DNA of 64,000 nucleotides from the NCBI GenBank assembly GCA_963677495.2, contig CAXXOU010000003.1, positions 192,001 through 256,000 of the forward strand. The letters run 5' to 3'. The position numbers and the translations under genes were made by a program. Source of the stretch: Candidatus Cloacimonadales bacterium. GTDB taxonomy: Bacteria > Cloacimonadota > Cloacimonadia > Cloacimonadales > JAFGVF01. Position 1 is the first letter of the stretch. Every line of letters starts with the position of its first letter. Positions 19,719 through 30,977 of the stretch are shown here, piece by piece. The notes under the pieces were generated by a model. It was given only the letters and a program-made list of their open reading frames with translations. It had not been told where the DNA came from and did not search any database.

Positions 19719-21444
19719 ATTAAAACGATATTCCTTATTACTGCTTATCCTGCTTACACTTCTCAGCTGTAAAGATGGAGAGAGTAGCTTTAATAATGGG
19801 ATAGATGGCCCCGAACCTCCGGATAATGAGGAATTTATTGCTATTGGAAGTAGTGATACTTTCGAAGCTGTTACTTGGAATTTACATTACTTCCCTAGTG
19901 ATGATACTGAGACAATAGATTTGCTAAAGAATCTCATCCCTGAGATTGGAGCAGATGTCTATGCTATACAGGAAGTAGATAACCGTTCTGCCTTCTATGA
20001 TTTAGTAGATCTTATACCTGATTATGAAGGTGTAGTCATGAACTCAGACAGTTATCTAAACTTAGGATTTATATACAATACAAGAGAAGTAAACGTAGTT
20101 TCACATGAAGAGATAATGCCCTGGGAAGATTACTTCTTTGTCAGAATCCCTCTTATGCTTCACGTAGAGTGGCAAGGCTTTGATGTTTCTCTGATAAATG
20201 TTCATTTCAAAGCGAATGATGATGGTTTTAGTGATGATAACAGACGTAGAGAATCCTGCAATCTTCTTGATGAGTATATTAGCCAATATTACAGCGATAG
20301 AAATGTTATTGTACTTGGTGATATGAATGATGAGCTTACAGATCCTGTGAACGATAATGTGTTCACAACTCTTTTAAGCCAACCTGAGAAGTATCTTTTC
20401 GCAGATATGGCAATCGCTGAGTCAATGAGTACAGGTAATGCTTCCTACCCAAGTTATCCAAGTCATATCGACCATATTCTTGTTACTAATGAGCTTTACC
20501 CTGCTCTGGAACAGAGCTCATCATTAGTGAAGACTCTTCTAGTAGAGAACTTCATTGAAGGTGGTATGGGAACATATAGAAACTATATTTCTGACCATAG
20601 ACCGGTTGCAATTAAACTTGATCTCAATGTCCCAGATGAACTAAAAGTGATAACATGGAATATTGAGAGCTTCCCAAAAAGTGGAGAAACTACTACCGAT
20701 AATCTAAACATATTGATGTCCGAATACGATGCTGATTTCTATGGCATTCAGGAGATTGCTGATACTCCTACGTTCTTAGAATGGGCTGATACTATGGATG
20801 ATTATACAGGTTATGTTGCAAACTACTTTGTTGCAGCACCGGATGAGACATACAATCCACCTGTTGGCTGCCTTGTAAAATCATCTCTTGAGGTTACTGA
20901 TGTATATACTATTCTTCCCAACAACTATATCCCATTGCCACGATTGCCATTAGTTGTGGAAGCAAGATTTGGAGATGAGGAGCTTGTCTTTATCAATATC
21001 CATCTAAAAGCAGCTGGAGATAATGTCATTGATTATGATGATGAATGGGACCAGGAAAATAGAAGGCTCGTTGCCTGCTCTATGCTAGATGAATATATAA
21101 GCACAAACTTTGCTGATAAGCAGGTTATACTTATGGGTGATATGAATGATCAGTTGCAAGAACCATCTTCATCAAATGTGTTTGAAGTGTTCTTGAACTC
21201 TCAGTCAGAATATAGATTCACAGATCTTGAATTAGCTCAGAATCCAAGCTCAGATAACTACTCATATCCAATGTATTACCCTGCGTTAATAGATCATATT
21301 CTTATCACAAATGAGCTATTTGATAACTACCAATCAGGTGATACAGTGGTACTCAAACCGGATGTTGATGAGATGAATTGGAACTATTATGAAGCCAATA
21401 TCTCTGATCATCGTCCCGTACAAACTATACTAAAATTTGATTAA
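19711..21444 (+). CDS. Lipoprotein with two tandem EEP (DNase I-like) domains (likely TTG start at 19711)
   Basis: Lipobox LLSC; each half has TWN, IQE, H(F/L)KA, GDMND, IDHIL and SDHRPV. Confidence 0.88.
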   Translation: MDRLKRYSLLLLILLTLLSCKDGESSFNNGIDGPEPPDNEEFIAIGSSDTFEAVTWNLHYFPSDDTETIDLLKNLIPEIGADVYAIQEVDNRSAFYDLVDLIPDYEGVVMNSDSYLNLGFIYNTREVNVVSHEEIMPWEDYFFVRIPLMLHVEWQGFDVSLINVHFKANDDGFSDDNRRRESCNLLDEYISQYYSDRNVIVLGDMNDELTDPVNDNVFTTLLSQPEKYLFADMAIAESMSTGNASYPSYPSHIDHILVTNELYPALEQSSSLVKTLLVENFIEGGMGTYRNYISDHRPVAIKLDLNVPDELKVITWNIESFPKSGETTTDNLNILMSEYDADFYGIQEIADTPTFLEWADTMDDYTGYVANYFVAAPDETYNPPVGCLVKSSLEVTDVYTILPNNYIPLPRLPLVVEARFGDEELVFINIHLKAAGDNVIDYDDEWDQENRRLVACSMLDEYISTNFADKQVILMGDMNDQLQEPSSSNVFEVFLNSQSEYRFTDLELAQNPSSDNYSYPMYYPALIDHILITNELFDNYQSGDTVVLKPDVDEMNWNYYEANISDHRPVQTILKFD

Positions 21445-21458
21445 ATAGAGGAGAAATC

Positions 21459-21911
21459 ATGAAAACTTTTAAATTACTACTCATTGTTGCTACGCTCTTT
21501 GCATTATTTGCTTGTAGCACCAACAAAGTTGTAGAAACAGAAATCCAGGAGGTTAAGGAACCTATGAATAGGACATGGACAACCGGAACAGGTTTAGAGA
21601 TTGAAGTACTTCAAGATGGAGAAGGTACTACCGCAAAATCAGGTGATAAAGTAACTGTACATTACACAGGCTGGCTTCTTGATGGTAAGAAATTCGACAG
21701 CTCAGTAGATAGAAATCAACCATTTGTATTCCAACTTGGTCGTGGAAGAGTTATCAAGGGTTGGGATGAAGGTGTAGCAGGAATGCTCGTTGGAGAGAAG
21801 AGAATGCTCACTATCCCAGCAGAACTTGGCTATGGCTCTCGTGGTGCAGGCGGAGTAATCCCACCTAATGCTACTCTTAAGTTTGAAGTGGAACTTCTTA
21901 AAGTTAACTAA
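21459..21911 (+). CDS. FKBP-type peptidyl-prolyl isomerase lipoprotein
   Basis: [22 protein letters not shown] and [14 protein letters not shown]; lipobox LFAC. Confidence 0.95.
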   Translation: MKTFKLLLIVATLFALFACSTNKVVETEIQEVKEPMNRTWTTGTGLEIEVLQDGEGTTAKSGDKVTVHYTGWLLDGKKFDSSVDRNQPFVFQLGRGRVIKGWDEGVAGMLVGEKRMLTIPAELGYGSRGAGGVIPPNATLKFEVELLKVN

Positions 21912-21932
21912 GATAAGCCCAATTAACTATTG

Positions 21933-21960
21933 AAGGTTACCGATATCGGTAACCTTTTTT
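21933..21960 (+). terminator. Intrinsic terminator
   Basis: AAGGTTACCGA-TA-TCGGTAACC followed by TTTTTT. Confidence 0.85.
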
Positions 21961-21989
21961 GCATAGTCTAAAAGAACCTATAAAATCAA

Positions 21990-22187
21990 CTATGTCCTAA
22001 CTACGTCTCTGGTACGAACCGCATTAAGAACTTCCTTGCACCGTTAACTAAGTTATGCACACGATGTGGATAACTTTAGGGGTTCATAGGGAGGGTCTAG
22101 GGAGGCTAAAGGGAGGGACAAGTGAGATTCTAGGTTTTTGAAGCAGCACGTAGCAGACTTGTACCAGAGATGCAAAGATGCAAAGAT
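21990..22187 (+). repeat. Dispersed repeat family A, copy 2 (uninterrupted)
   Basis: AAGTTATGCACA-CGA-TGTGGATAACTT followed by the AGGGAGG-rich tract; matches the IS-split copy and 38281-38410. Confidence 0.9.
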
Positions 22188-22306
22188 TGTCTAATTAAAT
22201 CAAAAATTGAGATAAGATATGTTAATCCGCTGATTTACTCTATTGATTAATATTGACATAAGAATTAATCCTTACTTAATGGATTATATTTTTTTAGGAG
22301 GATTAT

Positions 22307-23392
22307 ATGCACAGTTATAAACTGTTTTTAAAAACACTATTATTGCTTTTAGCTTTCACCATTCTTGTCTCTTGCAGTGCAAACAAGCTAAAAGACAGGC
22401 ATATTAAGATAGGGGTTATTAGCCCTCATGTAAAACTTAACGTTTATGAGTTGAAGTATGACTATCAGGGTGGAACTTCTCTTGTAAACCCATTTGTTGC
22501 AACAATGCCTGCATCTTTACTGACATCCAGAGAAAAAGCAGCGTTAGATGATATGCTTAATTTTACAATTGAAGAAGTAACAAAACCATATGACTGTGAA
22601 ATCATTAAGATTTCAGAAGAGATTCTTGATAGTCTCGGTCTTTCTAAAAGAATCTATCAAGGGCCGAATTTCTTAGAGCAACTCCCCATAACATCCGGCA
22701 AGACAGTTAATGTGGTTGATTATAGGGATTATGAGCAAGAAGACTTATCAAATTATTCACTGTACCATGTTTCCAAAAAGCCAGCATTAACTATCCAACA
22801 TCTGAAACTAGCTCATAAAAGAAATGCAGAAGTTGAAGTTTCAGAACTAAGCAACGATCTGGATATTGATAGATTTATCAAGGATATGGATTACCAAAAT
22901 AGTCAGTTAAGCGAATATGTTGATGTGGTCTCTTTTCAGTATGGCTTTGATGAGAACAAATTTTTACCGGAAGGATACACATATTTAACTGAAAAGAACG
23001 TTGAACGTTTAACAAGAACAATTTCCAAGAAACTAGATCTTGATGCAGTACTACTCATCTCTAATGATTTCGAAGTATATACAGAAAAGACCTTGTTATC
23101 TGCAAATCAAAAATATCAAGGTAAAATGAAATCAAGCGTTGTTTTAAAGAGCAATAGTGGCAGATGGTTGTTCAAAAAGATAAAAACCAATTCAACCATA
23201 GCTAAAAAGAACAGAAAAAACAGCAAAGTGCCAAACATAGATTGCCTGATGATAGATAAAGGAGATTCTGTAACAGTAATCAGATATCCAATGAATGCTT
23301 TTAACTATTTCAGTCTAACAAACAAGTATGAAGGGATGTATAAAGACTTGTTTAATCAATTCAAATCTTTCTTTTTCAAGAAGAAGAAGTAG
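22307..23392 (+). CDS. Hypothetical lipoprotein
   Basis: Lipobox LVSC; GGAGG RBS; TTGACA at 22253; no recognised domain. Confidence 0.7.
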   Translation: MHSYKLFLKTLLLLLAFTILVSCSANKLKDRHIKIGVISPHVKLNVYELKYDYQGGTSLVNPFVATMPASLLTSREKAALDDMLNFTIEEVTKPYDCEIIKISEEILDSLGLSKRIYQGPNFLEQLPITSGKTVNVVDYRDYEQEDLSNYSLYHVSKKPALTIQHLKLAHKRNAEVEVSELSNDLDIDRFIKDMDYQNSQLSEYVDVVSFQYGFDENKFLPEGYTYLTEKNVERLTRTISKKLDLDAVLLISNDFEVYTEKTLLSANQKYQGKMKSSVVLKSNSGRWLFKKIKTNSTIAKKNRKNSKVPNIDCLMIDKGDSVTVIRYPMNAFNYFSLTNKYEGMYKDLFNQFKSFFFKKKK

Positions 23393-23463
23393 TAGGATAG
23401 AAAGCATGAGATAAACGAAAAGGTTTATTGTGAAATGCATCATCTTTAATAGTCATTGATAAC

Positions 23464-23488
23464 AAAAAGGCCCGACATATGTCGGGCC
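23464..23488 (-). terminator. Intrinsic terminator between convergent genes
   Basis: GGCCCGAC-ATAT-GTCGGGCC with TTTTT on the minus strand. Confidence 0.8.
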
Positions 23489-23509
23489 ATATTTTATCTA
23501 TGATGATAA

Positions 23510-26500
23510 TTATTTAAGTAGGGCAGCCTTTCTAACAGCTGTATATCCTTTAGTATTCATTCTAAAGAAATAGATACCACTGCTACAAGCGTTACCATTA
23601 TTATCTCTACCATCCCAAACAACTATGTTCTCACCCTTAGGTTTGAGACCGTCGTGGAGAACAGAAATGAGTTCACCCTTAATGTTGTATACGCTAACTC
23701 TTACATCTTCCTCTTCTTTCATAGTGAAAGAAACTTGAGTTGTAGGGTTAAATGGATTAGGATAAATAGACTTCATAGTAGTTACAAGCTGTACTTCCGG
23801 TGTATCTGGTCCATCAACTTCTTCGATTGTTATTTCAACAGGTCCGAAGAATTTGCTGATACCATCAATTGAAACACTCTCAAGCCAGTAGTAGAAAGTC
23901 TCTGCTAACTCAACTTCTGTGTCATTATAGCTATATGAATGCTGTGAAGCTTCGTTTTCAGCAATAATGATTTCACTATTAATTTGATAGATGTCTTCTA
24001 CTTGGTCTGTGTTATTACGGTATACGTTGTATCCTGAGATATTGCTTTCAGACTCAACGATCCATTCAAGTTGAACAAATGTGCCTTCATCATTAGAAGT
24101 TAATGTTGTAGCAGCAAAGCTAGTCAACTGAACAGGAAGTGCATTATCATTATCAATATCATTTTCGTTATCTTGGTTTGGAGTAGGAGTAGCAGCTGGA
24201 GTCCAGTCTGTTGCTACATCATCACCATTAGATTCTGCATCTTTACGCTCATATATTGTTCCAACAGTTGCTCCACTTGTTGCAGAACCGAATTGGTCTA
24301 CTATACTCTTTGAAATACCATCATCAAGGTATATCCAAGAACCATTAACAATCTGAGGGACATCTGTGCTTGCAACATAATCACCAATAAATGATGGATA
24401 TGCAAGCATGAAGTCTGCATAAGTAGTATTGAAGATTGTTACATAATCTCCTGGATATAGAAGATAGCTGGAACCCATGTTAGTGTCTAGACCAACAGCG
24501 AACTGTACAGATTCAAGCGGAGAAACCTGATGTAAAGTCCATCCGAGTAATGATTGAGTAATTGTACCGGCGTTATATAACTCAACGTATTGAGTAGTTC
24601 CGGTATTTACTTCAGAAATTATCACATTAGACTCAACAGGACCAACAAAGAAGTTATCAATTAAGATATACCAGTCACCTGTTCCTCGTGCACAATCAAA
24701 ACGGAATTTTACATCATTACCAACAAAAGCAGCAAGAGGAACTTCTACTTTTGCCCAACCAGTTGATGTTGTATGTGTAGTCTCATCAACTGTATAGATA
24801 GGTGTATAAGTATTCCCGTCATCTGTAGATGCAGCAAGAACGATTTGATCTCCAGATCCAAGTGTTGTTGCATTATTTGGTGCACCAGAATAGTCTACAA
24901 TTCTGTAATAATAGTAAACATAATCATTAGCATCAATATTAGTCACATTCTCTAATTCTGCATAGCAAGTTGGAGTGCTACTCCAAAGATTCTTATACAG
25001 TGTATTTGATCCTGCAATACCCCAAGATGTTCTAACGCTCATATTTGTATCCCATTTATCAGGAACTGATGTGCTCCAGTCAAATGTTTGAAGGTATGGT
25101 GGTTGAATACGAGGGTCAGCTTGAGTTGTGATAGACCAAACAGGACAATTAACAGCATTACCTGCAGCATTATGTGGTACAACCTGCCAGTAGTAAGTTG
25201 TTAAGTAAGATAGACCTGAATATGTATAGCTTAAATCAGTGCTATTGTCATGCATATTAAGTACGTTTGTTGGAGGGTTATCTGTACCGAAGTTTAGATA
25301 GTATCCATCTGCTAAAGTACTAGCATCCCATATCAAAGTACCATTTACAGGTGCTTCAACGTAGCCGTCAGCAGGTTCTGGATTAGTTGCGGGATCTGGA
25401 ACTGATGAAGTTGTTGTGAAACTCCATACAGCATTACCAGTTGCATTACCGTTAGCATTAAATGGAACGATCTGCCAGTAATACGTAGTTCCTGTATTTA
25501 ATCCTGAATAAGCATAAGTATTTGTGATACCTTGATCAGCATTACTCATTATATTTGTAGGTGGGTTATCTGTACCGAAGTTTAGATAATATCCATCTGC
25601 TAGACTAACAAATGTCCATTCTAAGTTACCTGTTAATGCAACATCGGTTGCTGCATCAGCTGGAGAAACTAAAGTTGTTGCAGCAGGTGGGTTTACATTA
25701 TCAAAGATTCTAATGTCATCAACACTGATATCACCTTCATAACTTGAACTTTCCATTGCTCTAAAATCTATGCTAATTGTTTGTCCTGCGTATGTATTTA
25801 AAGCAACATTTGCTTCCTGCCAGCCTAAACTACCACTAGCATCGGTAAGAACAGCAACTGAAGCGTCTGTACCTGTACCGGTAATAACATCAATGTGAAG
25901 TTCAGAAGTATTACTATTATCTCCAATCCAATACCAGAAATTCAATATTGGGTTTGTTAAGGTACTCATATCGAAATCAGGTGAGTAGAGATGTGCAGGT
26001 ACAGTTTCAGGTGTAGAGTCATCTATGACAGCCATATAGCCACCATTTCCTGTATGCTCTGCTGTTGCACCATGACCACCTAACTCAGTGTTACCAATTT
26101 CCCAGCTATCACCTGATACGATTGGATCAATTGTCCAAGCAGGATGAAGTGTAGCTGTATCGAATGAATATGTGTAAGGGAAGCTTGTAACTGTATTTGC
26201 ATAAGTTGTGAATGACCAAACAGGACAACCTGCCGCTGGTCCAACACCATTATAAGGAACTACTTGCCAGTAATATGTTGTTCCGTTAGCCAAACCTGTA
26301 GCGGAGTAAGTCAAATCAGTACCATTATCAGTACCATTTTCCACATTTGTTGGAGGATTATCAGTACCGAAGTATAAATAATAACCTGCTGCTCCAGTTG
26401 AACTATTCCACTCTAAGGTAAGGTCAACTTCTGTTTCAGTAGCTTCATCTGCTGGAGATACTAAAGTAACAGGTCTAGGAGCATTACCAACTATTGAGAA

Positions 26501-28297
26501 GCTCCATACTGAAGAAGCAGTTGCATCACCGTTATAATTGTAAGAAACAACTTGCCAATAATATGTAGCACCTGCAGTTAGTCCGGAATAGGAATATGTT
26601 AAAACATCACCTTGATCAACACCATTAAGAACGTTTGTTGGAGGGTTATCTGTACCTAAGTATAAGTCATAACCTGATGCTAAATTAGCAGCATTCCACT
26701 CAAGAGTACCTGAGTCAGGTTGATCGCCAGCAGCATCTGTTGGTGCAACTAAAGTTGTAGGATCAGGTAATGTAGCATCTCCGGTTCCTGTTACAGCAAC
26801 GGTTTGGGTTGCTCTTGTAGTATTGTCTACAATCACAACATTGTCACTAAGAGCACCACCAACTGTTGGAATAAAGTTTACATCAAATGTAGCACTAATT
26901 CCAATACCAAGAGTGAGAGGATAGCTATTAGCATCTACTATACCAAAATCAGTTCCTGTTTGCATTGCAATAGAGCTAATTACTAAATCAGCTCCACCAA
27001 CGTTTGTTATTGTGAAAGTTTTAGAAGTTGTTGTACCATTTAACTGTGTACCAAAGTCCCAACTTTCAGGGTTAATAGAGAAAACTGGGGTAGTTGGAAC
27101 TGCACCAAACTCCATTCTAATGTTTGGAATGTATGCTTTAGCATTTCCAGCAGGAGGACTAGCAGGATCTGGATTATTACTGTCATTATGATATTCATAT
27201 GATCTATTACCTGTTACAGTTGAGCAAAAGAACTCGTCACTACTAGTATCGTATCCTGAAGCATTATCTTCGATTGCTATAACCAAATTGTCTATGTTAT
27301 TGTAAACAAATGGTAAGGCTAACGGTAACTCTATCCACATGTCTGAATCAGGAACTGGGTCAAGAGTTATACTTGCAACTTGGGTTAAATTTGCTAGTGG
27401 GATCCAATCTGTTAGCTCTGTAGCTGATGTATGTCCCATATACACAACCCAATCTGTAGTTGCACTCAAATCTGATCCACCGTTATAATGATACCAGATT
27501 TTTTCAATTCTTTCACCACTTCTATCTATCTCAGACTGCAAATAGATAGATTGAGAATATGAGTAACCATAATACGGCTCAACAGGTAAAGATTGATTTG
27601 TAACAGTTTCTGCACCAATTTCAACAATATTGGCACCAAGTACAGTTGTAAAAGAATAAACTGAGCCATCAGTTGTAAGCCTAGCTACACTGTTTTTTGA
27701 TAAAACATACCAATAGTAGGTTGTGTTTGTGCTTAAATCTGAGCTTGGAGTATAGGAACCTGTAGCTCCGGCAGCTCCATCTGTTACAACTTGTGCTACT
27801 GGTGGATTGACAGTATCAAAATAGAGATCATAAGTCTCTGTATTTGCACCAAAATCCCAAGTAATTGTTGGTAATACTGCTACACTAATAGCACCATCAA
27901 TTGGACTAGGGTTAGATACTGCTGCAGGTGCACTAGCACTTGGAACAACTATTGGTGTAGTAATGCTACCTGGAGTAGCTCCACCTGTACCCTCTGATGC
28001 TACTAAATTTGAATTTTGATCATAAATGTAGTATTCATTTTCTGTGGACCATGAACCTGCACTGTACGATGTTGTGATCTCATCTCCACCTGCTACAGTT
28101 AGAGTATGGTTTTCTGGACCACCACCACTTGATATTGTTAGACCGGATAACACGGTAGTACCATTAACACTAACGTCAAGGGCGCCACCATTCCATCCAT
28201 CTCCGTAAGTATCAATCAGCGTAACTGTCCAATCAACAGAAAAAGCTGTAGATACAAACAAGATGAACATGAATAAAAACAAAATCGTTTTCTTCAT
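23510..28297 (-). CDS. Large modular secreted protein (FN3-like repeats, Ig-like, MAM/cleaved-adhesin-like, lamin-tail-like, FlgD-Ig/T9SS-like tail)
   Basis: Signal peptide; five (G/D)T(D/V)NPP..TYYW repeats; FTITNVGGADLVI; ISVDDI; IISEVN..QYVELYN; YPNPFNP..WDGRD..SSGIYF. Confidence 0.85.
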   Translation of the reverse strand: MKKTILFLFMFILFVSTAFSVDWTVTLIDTYGDGWNGGALDVSVNGTTVLSGLTISSGGGPENHTLTVAGGDEITTSYSAGSWSTENEYYIYDQNSNLVASEGTGGATPGSITTPIVVPSASAPAAVSNPSPIDGAISVAVLPTITWDFGANTETYDLYFDTVNPPVAQVVTDGAAGATGSYTPSSDLSTNTTYYWYVLSKNSVARLTTDGSVYSFTTVLGANIVEIGAETVTNQSLPVEPYYGYSYSQSIYLQSEIDRSGERIEKIWYHYNGGSDLSATTDWVVYMGHTSATELTDWIPLANLTQVASITLDPVPDSDMWIELPLALPFVYNNIDNLVIAIEDNASGYDTSSDEFFCSTVTGNRSYEYHNDSNNPDPASPPAGNAKAYIPNIRMEFGAVPTTPVFSINPESWDFGTQLNGTTTSKTFTITNVGGADLVISSIAMQTGTDFGIVDANSYPLTLGIGISATFDVNFIPTVGGALSDNVVIVDNTTRATQTVAVTGTGDATLPDPTTLVAPTDAAGDQPDSGTLEWNAANLASGYDLYLGTDNPPTNVLNGVDQGDVLTYSYSGLTAGATYYWQVVSYNYNGDATASSVWSFSIVGNAPRPVTLVSPADEATETEVDLTLEWNSSTGAAGYYLYFGTDNPPTNVENGTDNGTDLTYSATGLANGTTYYWQVVPYNGVGPAAGCPVWSFTTYANTVTSFPYTYSFDTATLHPAWTIDPIVSGDSWEIGNTELGGHGATAEHTGNGGYMAVIDDSTPETVPAHLYSPDFDMSTLTNPILNFWYWIGDNSNTSELHIDVITGTGTDASVAVLTDASGSLGWQEANVALNTYAGQTISIDFRAMESSSYEGDISVDDIRIFDNVNPPAATTLVSPADAATDVALTGNLEWTFVSLADGYYLNFGTDNPPTNIMSNADQGITNTYAYSGLNTGTTYYWQIVPFNANGNATGNAVWSFTTTSSVPDPATNPEPADGYVEAPVNGTLIWDASTLADGYYLNFGTDNPPTNVLNMHDNSTDLSYTYSGLSYLTTYYWQVVPHNAAGNAVNCPVWSITTQADPRIQPPYLQTFDWSTSVPDKWDTNMSVRTSWGIAGSNTLYKNLWSSTPTCYAELENVTNIDANDYVYYYYRIVDYSGAPNNATTLGSGDQIVLAASTDDGNTYTPIYTVDETTHTTSTGWAKVEVPLAAFVGNDVKFRFDCARGTGDWYILIDNFFVGPVESNVIISEVNTGTTQYVELYNAGTITQSLLGWTLHQVSPLESVQFAVGLDTNMGSSYLLYPGDYVTIFNTTYADFMLAYPSFIGDYVASTDVPQIVNGSWIYLDDGISKSIVDQFGSATSGATVGTIYERKDAESNGDDVATDWTPAATPTPNQDNENDIDNDNALPVQLTSFAATTLTSNDEGTFVQLEWIVESESNISGYNVYRNNTDQVEDIYQINSEIIIAENEASQHSYSYNDTEVELAETFYYWLESVSIDGISKFFGPVEITIEEVDGPDTPEVQLVTTMKSIYPNPFNPTTQVSFTMKEEEDVRVSVYNIKGELISVLHDGLKPKGENIVVWDGRDNNGNACSSGIYFFRMNTKGYTAVRKAALLK

Positions 28298-28713
28298 ACA
28301 CTTTTCTCCTTTTTAATTTTCCTCCAAAAATAAGTACCCTATGGTACCCTTCAATAACAGATTAAAGATTAATTCATCTATATTTGTGAAGTTCCTCTTT
28401 AATACTTTATATATAACTAAACAAAAATAGACTTTGCTTAACAGTATGTCAACATAAATGTTGTACAACTAGAATAGTAACCAAGACAAACTTACGATCT
28501 TGGAAAAGTTTCCAAGAGCATACCGCTTGTATTTTTCGGTGTTTAGAGTAAACAGTGTTAACTTTTTGAAAATCCAGCAACGATACTTCTTTTTTAGCAT
28601 CTATCTTTAACAATCTTATACATCATAGTCAAATTATGGATGTCAAACCTCAGATTCTGTCACGTTGATACAATGAAATCAACCTAGTCTCATCCTTTTA
28701 ATCCACATCTGCT

Positions 28714-28760
28714 TCCCCTTAGCTTCCTGTTAGCTCCCCGTTAGAAACTCGTTACAGGAG
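28714..28760. repeat. 11-bp-period array, TTAG core
   Basis: TTA(G/C) at 28719, 28730, 28741, 28752. Confidence 0.6.
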
Positions 28761-28860
28761 ATGGGAATGGGGTTAGACCTAGATGGGTTAAAGAACCCTG
28801 AGCTATTTCTCTTAGAAGAGTGCACTTTCCGATACGAACCAAGCATACCAATGGTATTCC

Positions 28861-28948
28861 TTACCACGGGTCAACCACGGGTCTCCCATAGGTTAACCAC
28901 GCCTCCCGTGGTTTGGGCGTGGTTTAACCGTGGTTGATCCGTGGTTAA
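28861..28948. repeat. 11-bp-period inverted array, CCACG x4 / CGTGG x4
   Basis: CCACG at 28864, 28875, 28897 (CCATA at 28886); CGTGG at 28907, 28918, 28929, 28940. Confidence 0.9.
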
Positions 28949-29313
28949 ATATGTCATTGAGCTAAATCATTAATATAGAATTGAAGATTATTTGCTAACA
29001 CTAAGTTTTGAGTTTAATTATTGATATATAACGTTGGAGATTAGTCAGTTATTCATGGGTTTAAGGTTAGATGAAGTTATTAATATTTATGAGATTATGT
29101 TCACGATGAGTGATCTCATGAATGAAAAAGTTGGCATGGCTGTCTAAGTTAAATCCATCTTGACACGAACTTACTCAAGACAAAACGCTAAAGTAGCATA
29201 TAGAAACTTTGCCTTTCTTAACACTACCGCTGAAGTGTTGATAAAAGCATCTTTTGCTTGACATCAGAAAATCAAGATTTAAGTAGTATTAAGTAATAAT
29301 TAATGGAGGATAA

Positions 29314-29952
29314 ATGCGGAGATTAATAATATTTGTAATTGCAATGGTAGCAATTATCCTTAGTGCATGCAGTAAGTCAGGTGCAGATTTGGTAGTTCAT
29401 AACAATACAAGCAATAGAATGTGGGTTAATTTTGATGATAATGAAATTCTTATCAATAGTAATGAGAGTGTTTCTAAACATTTTTCTACTTCAGAGCAAA
29501 ATATGTTCAGCGGAGAGGTTGAAAAAAAAGTTGAAGTTGGAATAACAGGTGAAACTTATAGAATTTATGATTACAATGAGCAAGAATATGTTGAAAATAC
29601 AAAAGTGACTCTCAAAGCAGGAGAAAAGGAACATATCTACTGTAGATCAAATTTAGCTTGTTTGAAAATAATCAATAATTCATCTCATGATTTGCTAACA
29701 GTTAGATACATAAAAACTTATCTTAGTGGACAAGCATTTCCTACAACTGTATCCTTCAATGAACCTTTAGGAGAAGGGGACGAATGGTTTATCCCTGTTG
29801 ACGGTCAGTATGACCGTGATTTCTATTATCTTGTTGAGCTTCATTTTGAAAATGATCTCATGCTTACTTATGGTGATGAAGAAAGTACTAAACTTGAAGT
29901 TGATGAAGTTAACACACATTTAATTACTAATGAACATTTTGGGAGACGATAG
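29314..29952 (+). CDS. Hypothetical lipoprotein
   Basis: Lipobox LSAC; GGAGG RBS; TTGACA at 29258. Confidence 0.75.
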   Translation: MRRLIIFVIAMVAIILSACSKSGADLVVHNNTSNRMWVNFDDNEILINSNESVSKHFSTSEQNMFSGEVEKKVEVGITGETYRIYDYNEQEYVENTKVTLKAGEKEHIYCRSNLACLKIINNSSHDLLTVRYIKTYLSGQAFPTTVSFNEPLGEGDEWFIPVDGQYDRDFYYLVELHFENDLMLTYGDEESTKLEVDEVNTHLITNEHFGRR

Positions 29953-29954
29953 GA

Positions 29955-30977
29955 ATGCTAGAAAGAATTGCAGACCCCGTTGAGAAACTTAATGAAAAGG
30001 ATTTTGATAGAGCCCTTAGACCTAAATCACTGGACGATTTTGTAGGGCAGGATCAGCTAAAAGAGCTCTTGGAAATCTCCATTCAAGCGACAAAGCTTAG
30101 AAATGAGCCACTAGACCATATACTTTTTTATGGACCTCCAGGGTTAGGAAAAACTACTTTAGCCAATATTATAGCTAATGAACTCAATGTTAGTATAAAA
30201 GTAAGTTCCGGTCCAGTATTAGAGAAACCTTCTGATTTAGCTGGTGTACTAACTAACATGGGGATGCATGAAGTACTCTTTATTGATGAAATTCATAGAA
30301 TGAACCATGTTATTGAAGAATACATTTATCCGGCTATGGAAGATTTCAAAATGGAGATCATTCTTGATAACGGACCAAGTGCAAGAAGTGTGAATATTGA
30401 TCTAGAGCCTTTCACAATGATAGGAGCAACTACCCGAGCCGGTTTGCTAACTGCTCCATTAAGAGATAGATTTGGGATAGTTTTAAGGCTTAATTATTAT
30501 GACATAGATTCTATTAAAACTATAATCTTCCGCTCCGCTAGAATCATTGGTATTCCAATCGAGGAGGATGGTGCGCTAGAACTTGCTCGAAGAAGTAGAG
30601 GAACACCAAGAATAGCTAACAGGCTTTTGCGTCGTGTTAGAGATTATGCTCAAATCAGAGGAGATGGTATCATAACTAAAGACATAGCCCTTAAAGCCTT
30701 GTCAATGCTCAATGTAGATAGTGCCGGACTTGATGAAATGGATAAACGAATTTTAGCTACAATAATCGAAAACTACCATGGTGGGCCTGTAGGGGTAAAG
30801 ACTTTGGCAGTAGCAGTTGGTGAAGATGCTGGTACTATTGAGGAGATATTTGAGCCCTATTTGATTCAGCAAGGTTTTCTTGAACGTACAATGCAAGGTC
30901 GTAAAGCCACTCTAAAAGCGTATAAACATCTTGGTATCGAAGTTTCAAGTGAACAGATGACAATCTTTGAGGACTAA
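29955..30977 (+). CDS. ruvB: Holliday junction branch migration ATPase RuvB
   Basis: ALRPKSLDDFVGQ, GPPGLGKTT, FIDEIHR, GATTRAG and SRGTPRIANRLLRRVRD. Confidence 0.98.
   Translation: MLERIADPVEKLNEKDFDRALRPKSLDDFVGQDQLKELLEISIQATKLRNEPLDHILFYGPPGLGKTTLANIIANELNVSIKVSSGPVLEKPSDLAGVLTNMGMHEVLFIDEIHRMNHVIEEYIYPAMEDFKMEIILDNGPSARSVNIDLEPFTMIGATTRAGLLTAPLRDRFGIVLRLNYYDIDSIKTIIFRSARIIGIPIEEDGALELARRSRGTPRIANRLLRRVRDYAQIRGDGIITKDIALKALSMLNVDSAGLDEMDKRILATIIENYHGGPVGVKTLAVAVGEDAGTIEEIFEPYLIQQGFLERTMQGRKATLKAYKHLGIEVSSEQMTIFED

Noticed and set aside
22050..22076. DnaA boxes as oriC
   Set aside because: Only two boxes per site, embedded in a three-copy repeat, with no origin-associated genes nearby
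25270..26670. Near-identical DNA repeats such as GGGTTATCTGTACC
   Set aside because: Explained by the repeated GTDNPP protein domains inside the 1595-aa gene
28298..29313. 1-kb intergenic region as a tRNA, riboswitch or known ncRNA locus
   Set aside because: No cloverleaf or recognisable aptamer by eye; an Rfam/Infernal scan would be needed to exclude it
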